Position numbers and translations under genes: made by a program. This document shows, piece after piece, positions 24,182-30,594 of a stretch of DNA of 30,594 nucleotides (its first letter is position 1; the number at the start of each line of letters is the position of its first letter). This DNA is from an uncultured archaeon. GTDB taxonomy: Archaea; Altiarchaeota; Altiarchaeia; IMC4; SCGC-AAA252-I15. The notes beneath the pieces are model-generated. The model made no database searches. It was not told where the DNA came from and saw only the letters and a list, made by a program, of their open reading frames with translations. Where the stretch lies: assembly GCA_964587725.1 (NCBI GenBank), contig CAZPLO010000003.1:85670-116263 (forward strand). The letters run 5' to 3'.

Positions 24182-25966
24182 ATGTTGCCGCGTTTCCTGG
24201 TTGTGAGCAAATACGAGCTGAGGCAGTACAGGGGCAGCCTCGTGGACGAGGCCGTGGTTTTGCTTGTAATCCTGACAGGGTTCCTGATGCTGATGACCCC
24301 CGAGGTGGGCGAGAGCAGCCTGCCCAGCAGCCGCAGCATATACCGGGTCGGCTACCTCAGCGGCAGCGTGTTCGAGGCTGTTGAATCCTACACCCTCGAC
24401 TTCATCCCCTTTGAAAACAAGTATGAGATGATTTCAGCGTCCAGTCTGAACGAGATAGACGCGTTCACCATCTACAGCAAAGACCGCATCGTCGTGTTCA
24501 GCTCGGGGACGCGGAAGTCGGAGGCTGCGCTGAGCCACTTGAACGCGGTGTTGTCGGAGTTCAACACACAGCTGGTGTTCACATACATAAACGACGACCC
24601 TACTTTGGAGGGTATTCTGTTGCCGGTGCGGGTGGACGTGGTGGAGGAGCCGATAGACTACAGCAGCGTCATAAACGGGAGCATAGCGTTGAAGAGGCAG
24701 CAGCTCCTCGGCGAAGTCCGGTTCGGCGAAGAAGAGGCCGCGAGGGATGCTTCCGCATCGGACCTGGAGTTGAACGTGTCAGGGGCCGCCGGCGGAGAAG
24801 AGGGCCCGGGCTTAGGAGACCTGGAAGGCGGCGGCGCCCAGCAGGTGGAGCTGTCGCTGCCTGTTGAACTGTCGGTGGAGTTCCCGTTCCGAAGCCTCTA
24901 CAAGAACATGACCCTGATTTCGCCCCTGATACTGCTGTCCATTCTACTCACCTTGAGCCTCGCCAGGGAACGCGTGGACCGCAACATAGAGAATCTGTTC
25001 AGCAGCCCCCTGTCACGGTCGGAGATACTGTTGGGGAAGGCGTTCCCGTATGTGGTGGCTGTGGTCGTCCTCAGCTTCCTCTACGGCCTGCAGGCGACTC
25101 TGTCGCTGGCGGCGGTGAAGGTGGCTGTGGTGTTCGCGGTGTTGGCTGCGGCGATGGTGTCGTTCGGATTGTTCGCAGTCCTCGTGGCCCGCAGCTACCG
25201 TGAACTCACGTTCATCGGCTCCTTCAGCCTGTTCTCGTTCTTCTTCTTCATCGTATTGCCGAACGTGTTCTCCGGAGTCAACGTCCTCTCATTCATCTCT
25301 CCCCTCGACATCGTGACGAGTATCGAAAACGGCGCCCACATACCGTGGACCGATTTGACGCTGTCGCTCATCCCCTACTGTTTCCTCTCCCTCTTCTTCC
25401 TGTCGTTCACTGAAGTGTGCTTCACCCCTGAGGTGGTGTTCTCCTCCATGAGCTTCCGCGCACTCCTGTCGCGGTTCTACTCCACCCTTTCGAAGGCACT
25501 CTCCAACAAGCTGGCGTACGTGTTCGTGTCCGTCGCGTTGCTGGTGCCGTTCATCTTCATAGTGGAAAGCATACTCGCGTACCTGGTGCTGCCCCTGGGC
25601 CGCGCCGCCCCCGCCGTCTCACTGGTGCTTTTGGCGCTGGTGGAGGAGGTCGTCAAGATCGTCCCGTTCTACCACCGCCGCATGAACCCCGCCGTATACG
25701 GTGTGGTGGCCGGCCTCAGCTTCTTCGTGATGGAGAAGCTGTTCAACCTCTACCTAATCTACAAGGTGTACTCGTACCTGCAGGGCCCTTACGTGTTCTT
25801 CTTCCAGAACCTGCTGCCTACGCTTCTGGTGCACATGCTCGCAACCTCCGTGTTCGCATTCATACTGTATAAGGCGAGGCGGAGGATATGGTTCATCGTC
25901 GGCCTCGCGTTTTCGGTCACAATACATTTCGCATACAATTTCATGCTCATCGGGGGTGGGCTGTGA
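24182..25966 (+). CDS. ABC-2 permease fused to C-terminal PrsW-type intramembrane protease domain
   Basis: RERVDRNIENLFSSPLSRSEILLGK permease motif; PrsW motifs VEEVVK, FFVME, LVH, IHFAYN. Confidence 0.85.
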   Translation: MLPRFLVVSKYELRQYRGSLVDEAVVLLVILTGFLMLMTPEVGESSLPSSRSIYRVGYLSGSVFEAVESYTLDFIPFENKYEMISASSLNEIDAFTIYSKDRIVVFSSGTRKSEAALSHLNAVLSEFNTQLVFTYINDDPTLEGILLPVRVDVVEEPIDYSSVINGSIALKRQQLLGEVRFGEEEAARDASASDLELNVSGAAGGEEGPGLGDLEGGGAQQVELSLPVELSVEFPFRSLYKNMTLISPLILLSILLTLSLARERVDRNIENLFSSPLSRSEILLGKAFPYVVAVVVLSFLYGLQATLSLAAVKVAVVFAVLAAAMVSFGLFAVLVARSYRELTFIGSFSLFSFFFFIVLPNVFSGVNVLSFISPLDIVTSIENGAHIPWTDLTLSLIPYCFLSLFFLSFTEVCFTPEVVFSSMSFRALLSRFYSTLSKALSNKLAYVFVSVALLVPFIFIVESILAYLVLPLGRAAPAVSLVLLALVEEVVKIVPFYHRRMNPAVYGVVAGLSFFVMEKLFNLYLIYKVYSYLQGPYVFFFQNLLPTLLVHMLATSVFAFILYKARRRIWFIVGLAFSVTIHFAYNFMLIGGGL

Positions 25967-27054
25967 GGGGTCATGTGATAGCCGCCCGTGAGATGCGGGC
26001 TATGATACGGGAGAAAAGCTTCGCGTTGATTATACTGCTGGAGCTTCTGCTGGTTTCGTCGTCAGGCCTGCTTAGCGTCGGCTACGTGATGCTGACGTCG
26101 CCGGAGAGCAGCGGGATGCTGTCTCAGCTGAGCAGCCTCGTCTACGTCGGCGTCGTAACCGGCACGAGGATGCCGTATTCGCAGGTGCTGGAGGAGTCCC
26201 GCGTCCACTACACATTCTACAATGATTTGACGGTGGCGAGGCAGGACTTCAACGACGGCATAATAGATGCGATACTTGTGGGCGACATACACTCGGACGA
26301 GCCCCCGTCTGTGGTTTCACTGTATATCCCGTCCAACAGCCCCAAGAGTCCGCTGACGAAATTGTCTGTGAAAAAGGCTCTTATCAGGTTGGAGGAGTCG
26401 CTGCGGGAGCGGAAGATAGAGTTGTATGCGCCCGGCCTGGAGTTCGCCTCGTATGAGATACTGGACTTTAAGCCGCAGGCCCGTTACCTGGAGATATACT
26501 TCATCTTCACCCTCCCCCTGCTCCTGTTCCTGCCGTGCGTGGTGTCCGGCAGCCTCGCCATAGACAGTTTGACTCAGGATTTGGAGTCGAAGAGGATATT
26601 GAATCTGGTTGCTGCTCCCCTGTCCAGCAGCGGAATCGTGTTCGGGAAGGCGTTGGGCTCTTTCATACTGTCGGCGGTCCAGGTTGTCGTGTGGCTTGCT
26701 GTATTGTCTTACACGGTGGTGGAACCCACCAACCACCTGCCCTTGATACTGTTGTGCGGCGTCTACACCCTCATCTTCCTGAACGCGGGCAGTCTCCTGG
26801 CATTGTATCTGGGGAAGATGCGTTCGGCGCAGATACTCTACACGTTCGTGAGCATGAGCGCCATCAGCCTGTTCAGCCCCTTCGCCAACCTCCACCCCCT
26901 GCTGCTGGAGTTCAGCCCCTCATACATCATCACCCGCCTAGCATTGGGTGCTCCGCTGACCGCCTTCACCTGGCAGCTGACGGTCCTGGCGGCGTTGGCG
27001 GTGTTATCCACCCTGGCAGTCCACCTCTCCAGCAAACGGGTGAACAGGGTATGA
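25963..27054 (+). CDS. ABC-2 permease subunit
   Basis: GTG start in a GTGA overlap with GGGGGTGG SD; IAAREMR start motif; DSLTQDLESKRILNLVAAPLSSSGIVFGK; multiple TM helices. Confidence 0.88.
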   Translation: MRGHVIAAREMRAMIREKSFALIILLELLLVSSSGLLSVGYVMLTSPESSGMLSQLSSLVYVGVVTGTRMPYSQVLEESRVHYTFYNDLTVARQDFNDGIIDAILVGDIHSDEPPSVVSLYIPSNSPKSPLTKLSVKKALIRLEESLRERKIELYAPGLEFASYEILDFKPQARYLEIYFIFTLPLLLFLPCVVSGSLAIDSLTQDLESKRILNLVAAPLSSSGIVFGKALGSFILSAVQVVVWLAVLSYTVVEPTNHLPLILLCGVYTLIFLNAGSLLALYLGKMRSAQILYTFVSMSAISLFSPFANLHPLLLEFSPSYIITRLALGAPLTAFTWQLTVLAALAVLSTLAVHLSSKRVNRV

Positions 27055-27075
27055 TGGTAGATTAATATAATATGT

Positions 27076-29418
27076 TCAGTTCAGCTTCACCCTGACGCCG
27101 CGGAGTTCTTCCATGTCCACGACCTCAACGTCCTCCCGGCCCCTGAAGGCGTCGTTCAGTTCCTCCATGTCGCAGTCTTCTCTGTCTGTGAGAATCTCCA
27201 GTGTTTCGGGGCCGGCGTTGAGGCGGAGGCGCAGCTTCTTCTCCCCGGAGTATATGTCCATCGCCATCCCCCCGCTTTTCATGACTGTTTGGATCAGGGG
27301 CTGCAGGTTGTTTTTCAGGGCTTCCCCTATCCTGCCGGCGTCCGATGAACTGTATTCCCCCGAGGCAACGTCCACTGCCACTTCCTTCGAACCCTCGGGT
27401 ATGTTTCCGAGCACCCTGGAGGAGACTATCATGTCCCCCACTTCATCCTGGTTGAGTTTCTTTTTCGTCGGCAGCCTGAACGTCACCTCCGTTCCATGGT
27501 CGCCGGTTCGGATGTCCAGTTTACCGCCGAGGTATTTTTCCACTATCCTGGTTGCGATGGCGACGCCCATGCCCATGTGTTCCGCACCCCTCACCATGAA
27601 CGGGACCCTGTCCAACACCCTGTCTCTTATGTCCTCGCCTATTCCGGGGCCCCTGTCGATTATCTTCAATTCTATGTTTCCTTCTTCCTCCCTGGCTTTC
27701 ACCCCGACTCCGGCTTTGGTTGCGGCCGCGTTCGCCACCATCTCGTCGACGGCGGTCGCCAGCAGTTCGCGGTCTGTGAACATCCTCAGGCTCTCCGGAA
27801 CGTCGACTTTAACTCCGTCGTATTTGCCCGCGACGCCTTCAACCACGTCTTTAACGCCTACTTCGGCTCTGTTGACTTTGGTTTCGCCCGTGAAGACCGC
27901 GGCGAACAGGTCGAACCGGGCGGCTATCTCCTCCCCCCTCTCCGTTTCGGAGTATATCTTTTCAGCGTATTCTCCCGTCTTATCCGGGTCGTCCGTGTTC
28001 CTCATGAGCTTGGCGAATGCCCCGATAGCCCCCACGGTGTTCCGGAAGAAGTGGGCTAAGGCGCTGCTGTGCCTCCTGAGTATTTCTATGAGCCTTTCCC
28101 TGGCCACCCGCTCGTCAGCCTGCCTCACCGCGGTCCTGGAGGTGGATATGAGCATCCTCATCGCCTCTATGTCGGGGAGCTGGTCCCGGGTTACCTGTCC
28201 TGGAACGAGCATTCGGAGGCTGCCGACCTTGTCCTCCCACTGCAGGGGTATGTTAACCACTGTGTGGCCGCGCATGCCCACGTCGTCTACGAGGCCCTGG
28301 TTACGCCATCTCCTGACGGCTCCCGCGTAGCCCCTGAGCTCTTTCTGGCCGTATCTGCTTTTTTCTTCGGGCGAGAGTTCTTCCCCGTCTATTATCTTCA
28401 TAACTGTGTCCACGGGTATTACGGCGACGTCTGTTTCGTGGAGTGTCTGCTCCGTCTTCAGTATGCGTTTGGCTTCCGGGCTGGCTTCTCCGCTGGCCCT
28501 CACATGGTCTATGTATGCTTCCACCCGCTTGTTTTCGGCTTCGCTGCCGTAGTCGAGGTGCTGGTCTATGACGTTGTGCATTTCATCCGCCCTGCGTATG
28601 CGGACGTCGCCGCGTATCCTGCCTTCTTCCATGCCCAGTTGGTTGGCGAGTATCCGGCGTCCGCCGTCGAATATCGACTTCAGGGTCTCCTGCTTGCCCC
28701 TGCTCTGTGAGGCGATGGTGGCTGCGGACAGCGCCGCCAACACGGTCTGGTTCATGCGCTCCTCGTTCTTCCTCAAATCCACGACCTCCATGAGGAGGCC
28801 GGACAGTTCCCCTACGCCGCGGAAGTTGTCGAGTAGGCGCTTGTCTATGTCTATGTTGTCTCTGTTGTCCGCCCACAGCACCGCCTTCAGGTTTCCTCCG
28901 CGGTCTGTGATGCCCACCCACGCGCATTCTCTGGCTTCGGTGTAACCGTGTTTGGTTCTGAAGTCTTCGTTCACGTTGCCCACGTATAGCATCTCGGGCC
29001 GCCGGTGTTCGAGGGTTTCCTTCGCAACCCACGTACTCCCCCCTCCTTCCTCGATATCTTCGTCGGTGTTGAGGGGGAGGATTATTTCTTCGCCTCTGCG
29101 GCGGCCCTCCGGTATCCTGAGTATGTCCTCTCCCTCCTCTGGCACGCGGAGTTTCTTCTCTTTTATCTCGCACCGGTGCTCCAACCGGTTTTCGTCCGGG
29201 TTGTATACGTAGACTCCGGCGCGCGTGAACCCGACACGTTTAACAATCTGCTGCACTATGTAAGGCCATATCGCCTCTTCGGCGAGCGACGTCGGCCCCA
29301 CCACTCTGACGTCGTCTTCCTTCTGCAGTGGCGGTTGTTTCTCGTACAGTCCGGGAATCTCCGGCCCAACAGGTTTCTTTTCCCTCGGACCCTGCTGTTT
29401 GTCGGACTCCCGTGACAT
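27076..29418 (-). CDS. Soluble GAF-domain sensor histidine kinase
   Basis: GAF-like GFTRAGVYVY...VLWADN; H box LAHFFRNTVGAI; N box EMVANA; G1 DRGPGI; G2 MGMGVAIA; no TM helix. Confidence 0.85.
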   Translation of the reverse strand: MSRESDKQQGPREKKPVGPEIPGLYEKQPPLQKEDDVRVVGPTSLAEEAIWPYIVQQIVKRVGFTRAGVYVYNPDENRLEHRCEIKEKKLRVPEEGEDILRIPEGRRRGEEIILPLNTDEDIEEGGGSTWVAKETLEHRRPEMLYVGNVNEDFRTKHGYTEARECAWVGITDRGGNLKAVLWADNRDNIDIDKRLLDNFRGVGELSGLLMEVVDLRKNEERMNQTVLAALSAATIASQSRGKQETLKSIFDGGRRILANQLGMEEGRIRGDVRIRRADEMHNVIDQHLDYGSEAENKRVEAYIDHVRASGEASPEAKRILKTEQTLHETDVAVIPVDTVMKIIDGEELSPEEKSRYGQKELRGYAGAVRRWRNQGLVDDVGMRGHTVVNIPLQWEDKVGSLRMLVPGQVTRDQLPDIEAMRMLISTSRTAVRQADERVARERLIEILRRHSSALAHFFRNTVGAIGAFAKLMRNTDDPDKTGEYAEKIYSETERGEEIAARFDLFAAVFTGETKVNRAEVGVKDVVEGVAGKYDGVKVDVPESLRMFTDRELLATAVDEMVANAAATKAGVGVKAREEEGNIELKIIDRGPGIGEDIRDRVLDRVPFMVRGAEHMGMGVAIATRIVEKYLGGKLDIRTGDHGTEVTFRLPTKKKLNQDEVGDMIVSSRVLGNIPEGSKEVAVDVASGEYSSSDAGRIGEALKNNLQPLIQTVMKSGGMAMDIYSGEKKLRLRLNAGPETLEILTDREDCDMEELNDAFRGREDVEVVDMEELRGVRVKLN

Positions 29419-29449
29419 GTTACATTTTTCGCATTACCGGGATATATAG

Positions 29450-29485
29450 TTGACGGCGGTTCCCCTACTAAGTGGTCGCCGTCAA
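29450..29485. promoter_or_regulatory. Inverted repeat abutting the TATA box of the kinase gene
   Basis: TTGACGGCG (29450-29458) / CGCCGTCAA (29477-29485), directly next to ATATATAG at 29442-29449. Confidence 0.6.
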
Positions 29486-29886
29486 ACACGCATGATATCA
29501 AAACACACATTCCATGGAGAAAACGTTTTGGTGCCAAATATATGCTGTACAAACAACAGATAGGTTAATATTTTCATATCTTTCGTGAGTTTTTCACATG
29601 AAAGATACAAAAACACTCACATGATTTCCTTTTGTAACCACATATGCCTGGGAATACTGAACATTGTCCTATTTTTATAGGATTGATGCGCATATCATAT
29701 CGGGCTAAACTTTGTGGGCCTGTTTATTAACACTTACCCACAGGTTAGTTACGGTGTAAGGTGGTTTGGCATTATGACTGAACGCGGGTTGGCTGACACC
29801 CCATGGATGCGGAACGATGTTCTTTACAGTGAACCATCCCCTGTTTACGCTTATTCCCTGGCTGGGAACAACGGAGGAAACATAAA

Positions 29887-30594
29887 ATGATTTCGGTGAA
29901 AGACAACGGAACAGTCTGCGACTGTAGACACACGGCAACCCCACGCGGGCACAAGAGCTTCTGGACGAAAATAAGCTCAATGACGGTCGCATTAATCCTC
30001 CTCTGCACCGCAATCCCAGCCAGCGTGAGCTCTCAGTCAGCGTCCATATTCGTGGCAGGTTACGACTCATGCGACGACTACTGCACCAGCAACGGCTACG
30101 CAGCCGGAACCTGCCGCCAGAATCAGGGTGCGTGTCTGGATAACGAAGTCTGGGAGAACGGCGGGAACTCCTACTGTAACGAAGGCGGAGGCGGCGGAGC
30201 AGGGAAATGCTGCTGCCAGGAAGGAAGCGTCTGCGGATGGAGCGAAACCTGCATGGTGGTTCAGGAGAACGGCACACAATCATCTGGAATAACCGCCGAG
30301 TGTCCTACAGGATACGTGGTGACGGGCGGCGGATTCAGCGACGGAATAACAACCTCCTACTTGGGCAACGAAAACGACCAGAAGGCCTCATACCCCAGCG
30401 GCAACGGCTGGTACTGCCAGGGAAACAACCCATCTGCTCCTTCATCCTGTTACGCGGTCTGCTGTCCCGAAGAAATAATAGAGACAACATCCGACTACAC
30501 TGAAGGCGACCAGACAAGTGGCGTCAACGCCCCTGTCTGCGGAAACCTGGTGTTGGGCGGCGGATTCTACGACGCCGGCTCAACCAACGACGAC
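29887..30594 (+). CDS. 3'-truncated secreted Cys-rich protein (not in ORF track)
   Basis: ATG 29887 with GGAGG SD; 236 open codons to the window end; hydrophobic signal MTVALILLCTAIPASVSS; CDDYC..GTC..CCC module; CPTGYVVTGGG..W.C..CYAVCC module and start of a second copy (VLGGGF). Confidence 0.88.
   Translation, partial: MISVKDNGTVCDCRHTATPRGHKSFWTKISSMTVALILLCTAIPASVSSQSASIFVAGYDSCDDYCTSNGYAAGTCRQNQGACLDNEVWENGGNSYCNEGGGGGAGKCCCQEGSVCGWSETCMVVQENGTQSSGITAECPTGYVVTGGGFSDGITTSYLGNENDQKASYPSGNGWYCQGNNPSAPSSCYAVCCPEEIIETTSDYTEGDQTSGVNAPVCGNLVLGGGFYDAGSTNDD

Noticed and set aside
27113-28330. 405-aa ORF antisense to the histidine kinase
   Set aside because: Ser/Pro-rich mirror of the real gene.
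29705-30517. ORF-track entries at the right end
   Set aside because: All are shadows of the untracked plus-strand ORF starting at 29887.
1-30594. tRNA, rRNA, transposase, integrase, CRISPR-Cas or recognisable defence system
   Set aside because: None recognised by eye; tRNAscan-SE, Rfam and DefenseFinder runs would be needed to exclude them formally.

Overview
Archaeal chromosomal contig start (GC-rich coding, AT-rich TATA-containing spacers; Nop5, TrmI, archaeal Hsp20, a C15orf41/CDIN1 homologue and Thr/Cys-rich lipoproteins; an Altiarchaeota-like lineage is my guess only). Bases 1-17 are residual Illumina adapter. Contents in order: nop5 followed by an unannotated antisense box C/D guide RNA whose two guides fit the 23S rRNA peptidyl-transferase centre; a dispersed glycogen cluster (GT4 glycosyltransferase, GH57 amylase, amylo-1,6-glucosidase, GT3 glycogen synthase overlapping a ferritin-like/VIT1 iron transporter); hsp20, trmI; a 7x FG-GAP/TPR-like membrane protein; a Zn-ribbon plus MJ1316-domain pair; a CDIN1-Kef-EndoIII-CutA run; a frameshifted or recoded small gene; a phosphoesterase; an ABC-2 exporter with a PrsW-type protease fusion flanked by two paralogous micro-ORFs; an orphan GAF histidine kinase; and a truncated Cys-rich secreted protein with a defensin-like motif. 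Several of these elements are absent from the supplied ORF track. No tRNA, rRNA, CRISPR array or transposase was seen. All family calls come from motif recognition by eye, without database searches.
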